Below, piece after piece: positions 1 through 10,450 of a DNA stretch of 64,000 bases. The stretch's first letter is position 1, and every line of letters begins with the position of its first letter. The stretch is from assembly GCA_020635455.1 (NCBI GenBank), contig JACJZT010000003.1:522143-586142 (forward strand), in the 5' to 3' direction. A program made the translations under genes and the position numbers. The notes below the pieces were generated by a model. It was not told the origin of the DNA, made no database searches, and was given only the letters and a program-made list of their open reading frames with translations. The stretch comes from Flavobacteriales bacterium. GTDB taxonomy: Bacteria; Bacteroidota; Bacteroidia; NS11-12g; UBA9320.

Positions 1-1
1 T

Positions 2-271
2 GCCGGTCTGAGTGGTATTGATAAACAGGGTTTTAATAAGCCTATCGTGTGGCCCAACCCTTCTTCAGAGTTAATTTTCCTGAACAACCTTAGATCGGGA
101 TCAAGAATTCAAATCGTTAATACTGAAGGACAATTGGTATATGACCAGATAAGTACTCAAAAGGACACCGCTATAAACTTAATTCAGCATTTAAAAAACA
201 ACGGTGTTTATCAATTAATCATCATACAACCGGATAGCTTAATCCGTAAAAAGCTGGTTTTCAGCCAATAA
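2..271 (+). CDS. C-terminal fragment of a T9SS (Por) C-terminal sorting-domain protein; the 5' end lies outside the window
   Basis: The ORF is open to the window start. Its tail shows a Por_Secre_tail-like pattern (WPNPSSELIF ... IQIVNTEGQLVYDQ ... GVYQLII). Confidence 0.45.
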   Translation, partial: AGLSGIDKQGFNKPIVWPNPSSELIFLNNLRSGSRIQIVNTEGQLVYDQISTQKDTAINLIQHLKNNGVYQLIIIQPDSLIRKKLVFSQ

Positions 272-434
272 TACTTTCTTTCCGAATTCTTGATCACAGG
301 TATCGTCTTTATACAAACAATAGTATAAGACAACCTGTTATAAGAACACCTGAATTAAAACATAAACGAACATGATGGTAGTCAGTTCAGGAAACGAATA
401 CCAAGGCTAACTTTGTAATGAATTAAATCGATCG

Positions 435-1040
435 ATGCAAAACGAAAAACTAAGCAAGGATACCTATAGAGAATATTTTGGCAAAGGTGTTGATTTTGAG
501 ACCTATTTAAAAAATATGAAACTTGAAATACTAAGTAAACCGACGTATGAGAAGGCAAAATATCTACCCTTAAATCTTCACAGGACGAAAAAATGGTTAA
601 AAAATTTTAAGGTAGATCCTGCATTTAACAAATGTATTTCAAAGGAGGACGACAAGATCTTGTGGCTGGTTATAACGGAAACCTGGTGTGGAGACGCTTC
701 TCAAATCGTTCCAATTATTCATAAACTTGCTGTTGCATCGGATGGTATCATTGACCTGAGGTTGATCAAAAGAGATGATAACCCGGAATTGATGAACGCG
801 CATCTTACCAATGGCTCACGTTCAATTCCAAAACTTTTACAGTTCGACACATCTTTCAATCTTACCGGAACCTGGGGTCCCCGCCCAAAAGTAGCTCAGG
901 ACCTTGTAATGACTTTAAAATCCAATCCGGAAACCGCTGCTACCTATTCTCATGATCTACACAAATGGTACGCTCTTGATAGGGGAATAAGTGTTCAAAA
1001 CGAACTTGAAGAGATGGTTTGTGGAATGCTTGTAGAGTAG
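435..1040 (+). CDS. thioredoxin-fold family protein
   Basis: 201 aa with a WCGDAS redox-motif-like segment in a thioredoxin-like context. The last 33 nt lie inside the IS target duplication. Confidence 0.55.
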   Translation: MQNEKLSKDTYREYFGKGVDFETYLKNMKLEILSKPTYEKAKYLPLNLHRTKKWLKNFKVDPAFNKCISKEDDKILWLVITETWCGDASQIVPIIHKLAVASDGIIDLRLIKRDDNPELMNAHLTNGSRSIPKLLQFDTSFNLTGTWGPRPKVAQDLVMTLKSNPETAATYSHDLHKWYALDRGISVQNELEEMVCGMLVE

Positions 1041-1245
1041 ATAAATGAACAGATCCGGAATAAAATATTCCGAATCATATACTCCTTCGGTAAGAGGAGT
1101 AATTATTTAAACTATTGGGAGTGTATAGTTAATTTAACCGGCAAAAAAGTCTTTCATCCTGTCGAAGAAACCTTTTTCCTTATGAGATTCAGAAGGAATG
1201 AAATTTTCGGATGATTCAAGTTTTTTGATGAGTTCCTTTTCTTCT
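1008..1245. repeat. Target-site duplication copy 1 (238 bp, identical to 2892..3129)
   Basis: By-eye base-by-base comparison of 1008..1245 with 2892..3129 finds no difference. It contains the 3' end of the thioredoxin-like gene, two terminator hairpins and a 112 bp fragment of the dnaJ 3' end (1134..1245). Confidence 0.8.
1056..1101. terminator. Bidirectional intrinsic terminator hairpins between the convergent thioredoxin-like gene and dnaJ (duplicated at 2940..2985)
   Basis: Hairpin 1: cggaat-aaaat-attccg (6 bp stem). Hairpin 2: tactcct-tcggtaag-aggagta (7 bp stem), followed by an A/T-rich tract. Confidence 0.45.
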
Positions 1246-2891
1246 CCTGACTTCCGCAAGTTTAATCCTCTGAAAATGCAAGTCTCTCAAAATCTGATAC
1301 TTGATGGTCTAAAATATCGTTTTCTGGGTGTTAATTTGACTTAATTTCAGTTTATTTGGTGGATGTATGTTCGAGTTCTAAAACATAAAAATGGTCGGAG
1401 CTACATTCAAGTCATCGAAAAGCGAGGGGGTAAATATGTGGTTAGGAAAAGTTTTGGTTCGGGAAACACTCCCGAAGCAGTTCAAAAATTAAAACTAACC
1501 GCCGATCGTTGGGTAGCTAATCAAACAGGCCTTCAAGAGTTTGACTTTGTTGGAGAACGGGAGTTATTCAACAAACTTCTTGATAACATCTCCTCTCTTA
1601 AGCTGGTAGGTATAGAATTTACATTGGGAAGGCTCTTTGATGAGATAGGCTTTAATAATATTGAGGACGAGCTTTTTCGTCATTTGGTTCTTTATCGGTT
1701 GGTATATCCAAAGAGCAAGCTGAAAACCACAGAGTATCTCTATCGCTATGAAGGGAAGCAGTATAGTGAAGATGAGATTTATCGGTACATGGATAAACTC
1801 CACAACAAGCAGAAGGATCGCGTTCAGCAGATCAGCTATGCACACACCCTAAGTTTGTTTCCCAAAGGCATTCAGGTTGTTTTTTACGATGTTACTACAG
1901 TTTATTTCGAAATTGACCAAGAGGATGAGTTGCGTAAAACCGGGTTTTCCAAGGAGGGTAAACATGAAAACCCGCAGATTGTGCTTGGGTTGCTTGTGAG
2001 CAGAGATGGATATCCGCTTGCCTATGACATTTTTGAGGGCAATAAGTTTGAAGGTCACACGATGATGCCTGTCATTGATGGTTTTAAACAGAAATACAAT
2101 CTGGAGCAATTAATTATAGTAGCAGACAGCGGTTTATTATCACGATCCAATATCGAGCAGCTTCAAGAGCAGAACTATGAATTTATCCTGGGAGCTCGAA
2201 TCAAGAATGAAAGCACGAGCATCAAGGACAAAATACTCACCCTTCAACTCAAAAATGGAGAGAGTGCTGTTATCAATAAAGGAGATTTGAGATTGATAAT
2301 TACTTACTCAGACAAAAGAGCTGAAAAAGATCAATACAATCGTAAAAAAGGCATCAACAGGCTTAGTAAACAAATAAGATCCGGTCGCCTAACCAAAGAT
2401 CACATAAATAAAAGAGGCTACAATAAGTTTCTACGCATGGAGGGTCAGATAAATCTTGTACTTGACCAACATCAAATTGCACAAGATAAGAAATGGGATG
2501 GACTCAAAGGCTATCTGACCAACTCTAAACTCAACAAAGATCAGCTAATTGAAAACTATCAACACCTTTGGCAAATTGAGAAGGCATTTAGAGTGGCAAA
2601 GACAGAATTAAAACTTCGTCCGGTATTCCACAGAAGGCAAAGAAGAATTGAGGCACATATCTGCCTGAATTTTGCAGCCTACAAAGTATACAAAGAGTTA
2701 GAAAGGTTCCTCAAAGAAAACAAATCATCACTGAGTCCACAAAAGGTAATTGAAATCGCACAGAATATTCACCAGATTGAACTAACAACCCCAACAACTA
2801 AAGATGTGCTCAAAAAAACAATCATTCTTTCTGAAGAACAGAAAGATATAGAACGCCTCTTTCAATTTGGGTGTTAATTTGCGGAAGTCAG
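1246..2891 (+). mobile_element. IS1634-family (IS4 superfamily) insertion sequence, about 1.65 kb
   Basis: Imperfect terminal inverted repeats: left end cctgacttccgcaag... and right end ...ttgcggaagtcag(ga). A single transposase ORF. Flanked by a perfect long direct duplication. Confidence 0.8.
1363..2877 (+). CDS. IS1634-family transposase
   Basis: 504 aa. The N-terminus (MYVRVLKHKNGRSYIQVIEKRGGKYVVRKSFGS) is typical of IS1634/IS4-like DDE transposases. The ORF sits between the inverted repeats. Confidence 0.85.
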   Translation: MYVRVLKHKNGRSYIQVIEKRGGKYVVRKSFGSGNTPEAVQKLKLTADRWVANQTGLQEFDFVGERELFNKLLDNISSLKLVGIEFTLGRLFDEIGFNNIEDELFRHLVLYRLVYPKSKLKTTEYLYRYEGKQYSEDEIYRYMDKLHNKQKDRVQQISYAHTLSLFPKGIQVVFYDVTTVYFEIDQEDELRKTGFSKEGKHENPQIVLGLLVSRDGYPLAYDIFEGNKFEGHTMMPVIDGFKQKYNLEQLIIVADSGLLSRSNIEQLQEQNYEFILGARIKNESTSIKDKILTLQLKNGESAVINKGDLRLIITYSDKRAEKDQYNRKKGINRLSKQIRSGRLTKDHINKRGYNKFLRMEGQINLVLDQHQIAQDKKWDGLKGYLTNSKLNKDQLIENYQHLWQIEKAFRVAKTELKLRPVFHRRQRRIEAHICLNFAAYKVYKELERFLKENKSSLSPQKVIEIAQNIHQIELTTPTTKDVLKKTIILSEEQKDIERLFQFGC

Positions 2892-3129
2892 GAAGAGATG
2901 GTTTGTGGAATGCTTGTAGAGTAGATAAATGAACAGATCCGGAATAAAATATTCCGAATCATATACTCCTTCGGTAAGAGGAGTAATTATTTAAACTATT
3001 GGGAGTGTATAGTTAATTTAACCGGCAAAAAAGTCTTTCATCCTGTCGAAGAAACCTTTTTCCTTATGAGATTCAGAAGGAATGAAATTTTCGGATGATT
3101 CAAGTTTTTTGATGAGTTCCTTTTCTTCT
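2892..3129. repeat. Target-site duplication copy 2 (238 bp)
   Basis: Identical to 1008..1245. It contains the intact dnaJ 3' end and a 33-nt thioredoxin-gene tail fragment (2892..2924). Confidence 0.8.
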
Positions 3130-4148
3130 GAGGTCAGTTTTTTGGGTGTGTAAATATTTATTTGTACTAGTTGATCTCCCCGCCCATATCCGTTCAATTC
3201 AGGTACACCCTTATTTCTTAACCTTAGCATTTTACCGCCCTGAGTTCCCGCATCGATCTTAACTTTAACCTTTCCATCTATGGTTGGGATTTCCACTTCA
3301 CCGCCTAAGGCTGCCGTTGGGAAACTAATGAACAGATCGTATAATAAATTGTTATTTTCTCTCTTTAGCTGTGGGTGTTCGATCTCCTCAATCAAAACGA
3401 TCAAATCTCCATCCGGACCACCCATGGGCGATTCGTTCCCATGACCTCTCATGGACAGTTGCATCCCGTTTTGAACTCCTGCCGGGATTTTTATGGAAGT
3501 GGTTACTTCTTCGTTGATCAAGCCCTGAGCATCGGATCCGGCAGGCCTGTTTTCAAGCTTTCTTCCCAATCCGTTACACGATGGACAGGTGCTTGAAGTT
3601 TGCATCGGACCTAAAAATGTATTTGAAACCCTGCTTACCATTCCGGAGCCGTTACAAGTACTGCAAGTACCAAATTTAGCTCCCGGGGCAGCTTTCTTTT
3701 TTGTGTATTTAACTTTCTTTTCTACTCCCTTGCAAATGTCTTCCAGACTGAGTTTTAATTTGATACGGATATTGGAACCTGCGGCAGCCCTACCTCCTCT
3801 TCCACCTCTGCCACCTCCGCCAAAAAAGCTTTCAAAGGGATTTCCATCTCCAAAAATATCCCCAAACTGACTGAAGATATCATCCATGTTCATTCCGCCT
3901 TGCCCACCACCACCGGCACCTCTGACACCATCATGACCAAAGCGGTCGTAGGCACTTCTTTTATCCGGATTGCTCAATACTTCATAAGCCTGAGCAGCCT
4001 CTTTGAACTTTTCTTCAGCACTGCTGTCACCTTGATTTTTATCAGGGTGGTATTTAATGGCCAACTTTCGGTAAGCCTTTTTTAACTCGTCTTGTGTTGC
4101 CGATTTAGCAACACCTAAAATTTCATAATAGTCTCTTTTTGCTGCCAT
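3018..4148 (-). CDS. dnaJ: molecular chaperone DnaJ
   Basis: J-domain with HPD (YHPDKN), a G/F-rich region and four CxxCxGxG zinc-finger repeats. 376 aa. Confidence 0.95.
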   Translation of the reverse strand: MAAKRDYYEILGVAKSATQDELKKAYRKLAIKYHPDKNQGDSSAEEKFKEAAQAYEVLSNPDKRSAYDRFGHDGVRGAGGGGQGGMNMDDIFSQFGDIFGDGNPFESFFGGGGRGGRGGRAAAGSNIRIKLKLSLEDICKGVEKKVKYTKKKAAPGAKFGTCSTCNGSGMVSRVSNTFLGPMQTSSTCPSCNGLGRKLENRPAGSDAQGLINEEVTTSIKIPAGVQNGMQLSMRGHGNESPMGGPDGDLIVLIEEIEHPQLKRENNNLLYDLFISFPTAALGGEVEIPTIDGKVKVKIDAGTQGGKMLRLRNKGVPELNGYGRGDQLVQINIYTPKKLTSEEKELIKKLESSENFIPSESHKEKGFFDRMKDFFAG

Positions 4149-4816
4149 TATTCTCCAATTACCACTTTAGCAAAACGAATTACTTTATCGTTGAGCATAT
4201 ACCCCTTTTCGATCTCATCGATCACTTTTCCTTTTAAATCTTTTGAAGGTGCAGCGGTTTTCACAATCGCTTCATGCATATCCGCATCAAACTCTTTTCC
4301 GATGGTTTCGTATGCATTCAATCCTTTTTGGGAAAGGGTGCTTTTCAATTTGTGGGAGACCAGTTTTACGCCATCTGTAAGTGCTTTCGCATCACTTGAA
4401 GTTTCAAAGGCCTTTTCCGCCCTGTCAAAATCATCCAAAACCGGAAGTAAGGACTTTAATACATCTTCTCCTGCCGTTTTAAACAATTCCAATCTTTCTT
4501 TATTGGTCCTCCTTTTATAATTCTCAAAATCACTGTAAAGCCTCAGGTACTTGTCCTTCAATTCTTTGTTTTCGGCTACCATTTTTTCAAGCTCATCCAA
4601 TTCTGAACTTTCCTCATTTGCCTGCTCCTCTGTGTTTTCTATACTTTTGTCAGTTTGTTCTTCACCCGGGATCTCATTAATGGTGCTTTTTTCGTTCTGT
4701 TCATTTACCGATTCCTGCGAATTTTCATTTTCCGCACCTGTATCCTTAACATTACTGTCTTTATTTTGCATTAGTCTTTTAAATAATTTCTGAAACGTAT
4801 TCAAATTTGTTGCCAA
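4148..4816 (-). CDS. grpE: nucleotide exchange factor GrpE
   Basis: Acidic N-terminal tail followed by a GrpE coiled-coil/beta domain ([18 protein letters not shown]). Adjacent to and co-oriented with dnaJ. Confidence 0.85.
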   Translation of the reverse strand: MATNLNTFQKLFKRLMQNKDSNVKDTGAENENSQESVNEQNEKSTINEIPGEEQTDKSIENTEEQANEESSELDELEKMVAENKELKDKYLRLYSDFENYKRRTNKERLELFKTAGEDVLKSLLPVLDDFDRAEKAFETSSDAKALTDGVKLVSHKLKSTLSQKGLNAYETIGKEFDADMHEAIVKTAAPSKDLKGKVIDEIEKGYMLNDKVIRFAKVVIGE

Positions 4817-4873
4817 TCAAAAAAAAGTGACAATTTGACCTGAAAATAAAAGGGTTACTGAAGTGTAATTAAC

Positions 4874-5410
4874 TTACTCTACCTTGTACTTTTCAAGTTC
4901 ATTTTCGAGGTTGATACCGAAAAGGTCTTTCGCTATTATTTTACCCTCCGGATCAAGCAGGAACATTGCCGGTATTGAAGAAACTCCATAATCTGAAACG
5001 GCTTTTGTGTTCCATTTTTTAAAATCACAGACATGATTTGGCCAGTTTAGCTGATCGTTCTGTATTGCTTTTTTCCAAATTTCCTTATCGGTATCCAGAG
5101 AAACGGAATAGATCGCCAAACCCTCTGAATCTTTGAGTTTAACCTGAGTGTATTTATTATAAGCCCGTATCAGATTCGGGTTTTCCTTTCGGCAGGGTCC
5201 ACACCAGGATGCCCAAAAATCAACAACCACGTATTTACCTTTGAGGTCACTCAATTTCAATTCCTGACCATCAGGTGTTTGCATACTGATTTCAGGAGCC
5301 TGATCCCCTTTTCCCAAAATGGTAACGGAAGAGTTTAAAATAAAAGCTCCCAGAATCAATCCGACCAAAACAGGGACGATTATTAAAATTTTCTTTCTGA
5401 TAAATACCAT
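4874..5410 (-). CDS. TlpA-like thiol:disulfide oxidoreductase (thioredoxin fold, membrane-anchored)
   Basis: N-terminal TM helix and a WASWCGPC active-site motif. Confidence 0.75.
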   Translation of the reverse strand: MVFIRKKILIIVPVLVGLILGAFILNSSVTILGKGDQAPEISMQTPDGQELKLSDLKGKYVVVDFWASWCGPCRKENPNLIRAYNKYTQVKLKDSEGLAIYSVSLDTDKEIWKKAIQNDQLNWPNHVCDFKKWNTKAVSDYGVSSIPAMFLLDPEGKIIAKDLFGINLENELEKYKVE

Positions 5411-5439
5411 ATTAGGATTTTAGCAAATTACATTCCAAA

Positions 5440-6747
5440 TTATATTCGCTCAATATGAGCTCCGAGTGCGTTTAATCTTCCCTCAATGTTTTCATATCCT
5501 CTGTCGATCTGCTCAATGTTGTTTATAATTGAAGTACCTTCGGCTGATAATGCTGCAATGAGCAAGGAGACCCCTGCTCTGATATCCGGAGAGGTCATTT
5601 TGATCCCTCTTAAGGGCATTCTTCTGTCAAGCCCCATTACCGTTGCCCGGTGTGGATCACATAAAATGATCTGTGCACCCATATCGATCAGATTATCTAC
5701 AAAAAACAATCTGCTTTCAAACATTTTCTGATGAATAAGAACATTCCCCTTGGCCTGAGTGGCCATTACAAGAATTACGCTCAAAAGATCCGGAGTCAGG
5801 CCCGGCCAGGGCGCATCGGCTATGGTTAGCATACTTCCGTCGATAAAGGATTCGATCTGATAATGCCTTTGTGAAGGCACCCTGATATCGTCGTTTTCAA
5901 TTGAAAACTGCAAGCCAAATTTCTCAAAAGTATTCGGTATTAATCCAAGATGCCTTACTCCGGCACCTTTAATGGTAATTTCCGATTCGGTAAGTGCGGC
6001 TAAAGCCATAAAACTACCAACTTCTATCATGTCGGGCAAAAGAGTGTGTTCGCATCCTTTCAGATACTCTACACCTTTTATTCGCAGCAAATTGGAACCA
6101 ATACCCTCTATGATGGCACCCATGTTCACTAGCATTTCACACAACTGCTGAACATAAGGCTCGCATGCGGCATTGTAAATGGTTGTGGTTCCCGAGGCGA
6201 GAGAAGCTGCCATCAAAATATTTGCCGTTCCGGTGACCGAAGCCTCCTCAAGCAACATGTATGCTCCGGTTAATTTTTCAGCCTTTACCTTATAAAAGCT
6301 CTCCTTTCGTAAAAACTCAAAACTTGCCCCAAGATTTTCAAAACCAATAAAATGTGTGTCTAATCTTCTTCGGCCAATTTTATCCCCTCCGGGACTAGGT
6401 ATATAACCCTTGCCAAATCGGGTTAATAAAGGACCAATGATCATGATGGAACCCCTTAGTGATGCACCTTTGGTTTTAAACTCATCGCTGTCGAGAAATT
6501 CCAGGTCGATCTCATCCGCCTTAAAAGACCATGAGCCTTTTTGAGAAAGGGGATTCACCTTTACTCCCAGATTTCTTAAGAGATCGATCAGGCGATTTAC
6601 GTCTTTGATATCCGGAATGTTGTGAATGACAACCTCCTCGGGGGTAAGTAAAACCGCCGACAAAACCTGCAGGGCTTCGTTTTTTGCTCCCTGAGGAACC
6701 AAACTGCCTTTTAATTTTAAACCACCTTCAATTTTAAATGAGCCCAT
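5440..6747 (-). CDS. murA: UDP-N-acetylglucosamine 1-carboxyvinyltransferase
   Basis: 435 aa. Canonical MurA/EPT family sequence along the full length (N-terminal GGxxLxGxVxxxGAKNxAL). Confidence 0.95.
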   Translation of the reverse strand: MGSFKIEGGLKLKGSLVPQGAKNEALQVLSAVLLTPEEVVIHNIPDIKDVNRLIDLLRNLGVKVNPLSQKGSWSFKADEIDLEFLDSDEFKTKGASLRGSIMIIGPLLTRFGKGYIPSPGGDKIGRRRLDTHFIGFENLGASFEFLRKESFYKVKAEKLTGAYMLLEEASVTGTANILMAASLASGTTTIYNAACEPYVQQLCEMLVNMGAIIEGIGSNLLRIKGVEYLKGCEHTLLPDMIEVGSFMALAALTESEITIKGAGVRHLGLIPNTFEKFGLQFSIENDDIRVPSQRHYQIESFIDGSMLTIADAPWPGLTPDLLSVILVMATQAKGNVLIHQKMFESRLFFVDNLIDMGAQIILCDPHRATVMGLDRRMPLRGIKMTSPDIRAGVSLLIAALSAEGTSIINNIEQIDRGYENIEGRLNALGAHIERI

Positions 6748-6777
6748 CCGAATGGTAATCTTCGATCTGTAAAAACA

Positions 6778-7434
6778 CTAGTAACGCGAGTCTTTTCCTC
6801 TGCCCCTGTTGCCCTTGTTCCTGTATTTGTTATTGCGGTTGTTCCCCTGCCTGAAATGGTTCTTGTTTCGTTTAATGTCTTTTTCTACATGAATGTTAAG
6901 GTCCTCGGAATTTAATTTCAGGGTATTTCCTGAGAGGGTTTTTAAATGTTCCGTGATCATTTCAGGTGTGAGGTTTTCATTGTTCCAATTTCGCGAAGAA
7001 TTGGTCATGAACGAAGCGATCATGTTTATAAAACTTTGCCGGATCTCAGAGTTTTCAACTTTAACGGCACGGTCCACCATATATTGGAGGTTCCTGCCAT
7101 AGAAACGAAACTTGATCCTTACATTATTGTAGGGTATGGTTTCCGGTTTGCGATTAAGTTCTTCAGGTTCCGGTTTGGGAAAAGGTCCGTCGATATCAAG
7201 TTTGAAACCTGACATAATATGCAGATGATCCCATAGCTTTTGCTTGTAATTATCCAGATCCTTAATTCCGGGATTCAGATTTATCATCACGTTGATCAGG
7301 TTCATGGATAATCTTGATCTCAATTCACGATCAGGCACCGATGTAACCTTGTCAACCATTTTTTGCATGCTTCTCCCATATTCCGTAAGTATTAATCCCG
7401 GTCGCTGGGTATTGTATTCCATTATTTCTTGCAC
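6778..7434 (-). CDS. DUF4290-like protein (conserved downstream of murA in Bacteroidetes)
   Basis: 218 aa with a basic, Arg/Asn-rich C-terminus. Position and sequence resemble DUF4290. Confidence 0.5.
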   Translation of the reverse strand: MQEIMEYNTQRPGLILTEYGRSMQKMVDKVTSVPDRELRSRLSMNLINVMINLNPGIKDLDNYKQKLWDHLHIMSGFKLDIDGPFPKPEPEELNRKPETIPYNNVRIKFRFYGRNLQYMVDRAVKVENSEIRQSFINMIASFMTNSSRNWNNENLTPEMITEHLKTLSGNTLKLNSEDLNIHVEKDIKRNKNHFRQGNNRNNKYRNKGNRGRGKDSRY

Positions 7435-7674
7435 CCTTCAAATTTAGTAAAAAACTTATCGAATCCTTCCATTCCCTTTTAAACGATGGCACGGGTCAAA
7501 TTCAAACAAATTTATCTTACCAAAACTCAGAAAAAACCTCATCCTTACACCTTGCCACGTCAAGTCATGAAATCTAAATGTTTAAGGATCCCAGAACCAC
7601 GTTTCCTGTTGACCTTTACCTGATAAACATGGTTACCTTTAAAACTATCTGAAATTTTATAGTAAATTAGCCAG

Positions 7675-9498
7675 TTGAATTCCGATAAAATGAAAAACCT
7701 ATACTATTTGATCCTGTGCTTACTAATTTTAAACGCATGTGGTTCTCAGAACCAAGATTCGAAAAAATTACAGGAAGAAGTTAAAACATACCTTGAAGAG
7801 TACAATAAAAAATTTCAGGAATTGCTAATTGCAAGTAGCGAAGCTCAATGGAAATTAAATACAATGATCCGGGAAAATGACAGCATTACCGGAAAAAAAG
7901 CAACAGAAGCAGGAGAAGAGTTCGCTAAATTTACCGGTAGCAAAGAGAACATTGAAAAAGCTAAAACCTATCTGGCTTCTAAAAATGATCTGAGCGATCT
8001 TCAGGTGAGGCAGCTCGAAACCATTTTGTTCATGGCAGGAGGCAATCCCGAAATTGCCGGAGATGTTGTTAAGGAAAGAATAAAGGCTGAAACTGAACAA
8101 ACCGGATTATTGTACGGCTTTAAATACATGATGAATGAAAAGGAATTGAGTACGAATGAACTGGACGATATTCTTAAAAATTCAGCGGATCTGGAAAAAA
8201 GGTTAAGCGCCTGGAAAACCAGCAAGGAAGTTGGTAAAACTTTAAAGAACGGACTTGAAAAACTGCGTAACCTAAGAAATAAATCCGTACAAGCCCTTGA
8301 CTACAGCGACTATTTTGCTTACCAGGCCGCCGAATACGGAATGAGTGATGTGGAAGTTGTAGAAGAATGCGATAAAATGATTAAGGATGTTTGGCCATTA
8401 TACCGCGAACTGCATACCTGGGCTAGGTACGAACTTGCAAAAAAATACAACAAAGATGTACCGGATTATCTGCCGGCTCATTGGTTGCCCAACAGATGGG
8501 GTCAGGACTGGACGGCAATGGTGAATGTTGAAGGCATCGACCTCGATGAAGCCTTAAAATCAAAATCGGCAGAATGGGTTGTTGAACAAGGAGAATACTT
8601 TTACAAGAGCCTTGGGTTTGACGCACTTCCAAAATCCTTCTATGAAAAATCGAGTTTGTATCCACTTCCTCCCGGTACCGATTATAAAAAGAACAATCAT
8701 GCAAGTGCCTGGCACATCGATAATGATAAAGACGTGAGGAGCCTGATGAGTGTTGAACCCAACACAGAATGGTGGGGAACAGTACTTCATGAACTGGGAC
8801 ATATTTATTATTACATGACCTACTCGAACAACGATGTTCCAATCATTTTAAGGGGAGGAGCAAACAGAGCTTACCATGAAGCAATGGGTAGTTTGATCGG
8901 ACTTGCAGCCATGCAAAAACCTTTTCTTCAGGAATTCGGGCTGGTAGCAAAAAATGTTCAGTCGAACGATACCATGAACATGCTCAAAGAAGCTCTTGAT
9001 TTTGTGGTACACATCCCTTGGGGTGCAGGTGTAATGACCCATTTTGAGCACGATCTGTATACCGGAAACATAAAAAAAGATGCCTTCAACAAGACCTGGT
9101 GGGAATACGTAAAAAAGTTTCAGGGAATCGTTCCACCTGAAGAACGCGGTGAACAATACTGTGATGCAGCAACCAAAACGCACATTAACGACGACGCGGC
9201 ACAGTATTACGACTACTCAATGAGCAATGTTCTCTTGTTCCAGTTTCACGATCATATAGCCAAAAACATATTGAAACAGGACCCACATAACACAAACTAC
9301 CTGGGTAGTAAGGAAACAGGTGACTTTCTAAGGAAACTGATGTATCCCGGAGCAAGCGTCGATTGGCGTCAACATTTAAAGGACAATCTCGGAAGTGAAA
9401 TGAGCGCCAAACCCATGCTTGAATATTTTGAGCCTTTGCTGGTTTACCTTAAGAACTTAAATAAAGGAAGAACCTACACACTTCCTGAAACACTCTAG
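7675..9498 (+). CDS. M2-family (angiotensin-converting-enzyme-like) zinc metallopeptidase, lipoprotein
   Basis: Lipoprotein signal (LILNAC). A HEXXH zinc site in a TVLHELGHIYYYMTY context that closely resembles the ACE HEMGHIQYY motif. 607 aa. Confidence 0.7.
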   Translation: MNSDKMKNLYYLILCLLILNACGSQNQDSKKLQEEVKTYLEEYNKKFQELLIASSEAQWKLNTMIRENDSITGKKATEAGEEFAKFTGSKENIEKAKTYLASKNDLSDLQVRQLETILFMAGGNPEIAGDVVKERIKAETEQTGLLYGFKYMMNEKELSTNELDDILKNSADLEKRLSAWKTSKEVGKTLKNGLEKLRNLRNKSVQALDYSDYFAYQAAEYGMSDVEVVEECDKMIKDVWPLYRELHTWARYELAKKYNKDVPDYLPAHWLPNRWGQDWTAMVNVEGIDLDEALKSKSAEWVVEQGEYFYKSLGFDALPKSFYEKSSLYPLPPGTDYKKNNHASAWHIDNDKDVRSLMSVEPNTEWWGTVLHELGHIYYYMTYSNNDVPIILRGGANRAYHEAMGSLIGLAAMQKPFLQEFGLVAKNVQSNDTMNMLKEALDFVVHIPWGAGVMTHFEHDLYTGNIKKDAFNKTWWEYVKKFQGIVPPEERGEQYCDAATKTHINDDAAQYYDYSMSNVLLFQFHDHIAKNILKQDPHNTNYLGSKETGDFLRKLMYPGASVDWRQHLKDNLGSEMSAKPMLEYFEPLLVYLKNLNKGRTYTLPETL

Positions 9499-9501
9499 GT
9501 G

Positions 9502-10104
9502 CTATTGAACCCTTACACGGGAGATCAGCGACCTTCCCAGGGTAATTTCATCGGCAAATTCAAGTTCGCCACCTATAGAAATTCCTCTTGAGATCTGAGT
9601 AACCTTTACTTCCTTTTCTTTTAATTTTTTACTTAAATAAAAAGAAGTAGTATCCCCTTCCATGGTTGCGCTTAGGGCCAGAATAACTTCTTCGGTTTCA
9701 TTTTCTTCAACTCTTTTAAGCAAACTTGAGATGTTAATGTCATCAGGACCGATCCCATCCAGGGGGGAAATTAATCCGTTCAGAACATGGTAGGTGCCAT
9801 TGTATTGACCGGTTGATTCTATTGAAATGCAATCCTGAAAATCCTTCACCACACAGATCAATTGTTTGTTGCGGTTGACGGCATTGCAAATGTCACAGGT
9901 TTCGGCTTCTGAAATGTTGTGACAAATTTTACAAAATTGCAGATTGGTCTTAAGATTTATCATTGCAGAAGCCATGGACCCGACGATCTCCTCTGGTTGT
10001 TTCATCAAATAGATCACCATTCTCAAAGCGGTTTTTTTTCCAATGCCCGGGAACTGAGACAATTCATTTACCGCATTCTCCAAAATTTTGGATGGAAGAT
10101 TCAT
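9502..10104 (-). CDS. recR: recombination protein RecR
   Basis: 200 aa. HhH motif (FPGIGKKTALRM), a C4 zinc finger (CKICHNISEAETCDIC) and a Toprim region. Confidence 0.9.
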   Translation of the reverse strand: MNLPSKILENAVNELSQFPGIGKKTALRMVIYLMKQPEEIVGSMASAMINLKTNLQFCKICHNISEAETCDICNAVNRNKQLICVVKDFQDCISIESTGQYNGTYHVLNGLISPLDGIGPDDINISSLLKRVEENETEEVILALSATMEGDTTSFYLSKKLKEKEVKVTQISRGISIGGELEFADEITLGRSLISRVRVQ

Positions 10105-10328
10105 TTTGATGTAGAAATTATATGTGCAAAGGACAAAAATAATTTATTCCTGAAATTCTTTGGATATTATCAGGCATAATAATGAACAACACAAAAAAAG
10201 AACATAAGTTTTCTTACCTTTTCTGTTCGAAGTCAGTGACCTCCATGATCAATTTTGCAGGTTATTTATTCAATAATTCGATTGGATTGTATTCGGCATA
10301 AGTGTAACTTTGCACTCCTTTAAAAGTT

Positions 10329-10402
10329 CGGGGTGTAGCTCAGCCCGGTAGAGTACACGTCTGGGGGGCGTGTGGTCGCAAGTTCGAATCTTGTCACCCC
10401 GA
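10329..10402 (+). tRNA. tRNA-Pro (anticodon GGG)
   Basis: Manually folded cloverleaf. Acceptor stem CGGGGTG/CACCCCG with the C1:G72 pair and A73 discriminator typical of bacterial tRNA-Pro. Anticodon stem CACGT/GCGTG. Loop CTGGGGG (U33, GGG, G37). T-loop TTCGAAT. No encoded CCA. Confidence 0.85.
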
Positions 10403-10412
10403 CATCGTTAAC

Positions 10413-10450
10413 AAAGGGTTTCAGCAGAAATGTTCGGAACCCTTTTTCTG
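10413..10450 (+). terminator. Putative intrinsic terminator after the tRNA
   Basis: Stem aaagggtt(tc) ... (gg)aacccttt followed by tttctgttt. Confidence 0.35.

Noticed and set aside
1564-2109. Minus-strand ORFs of 93 and 86 aa inside the transposase gene, and the many similar 60 to 150-aa ORFs antisense to or overlapping dnaJ, grpE, murA, the M2 peptidase, hsdM, hsdR, the permeases, the T9SS gene, the carboxylase and the helicase
   Set aside because: They lie wholly inside long, well-supported genes on the other strand or in another frame. They have low-complexity composition and no motifs, and are judged six-frame artefacts.
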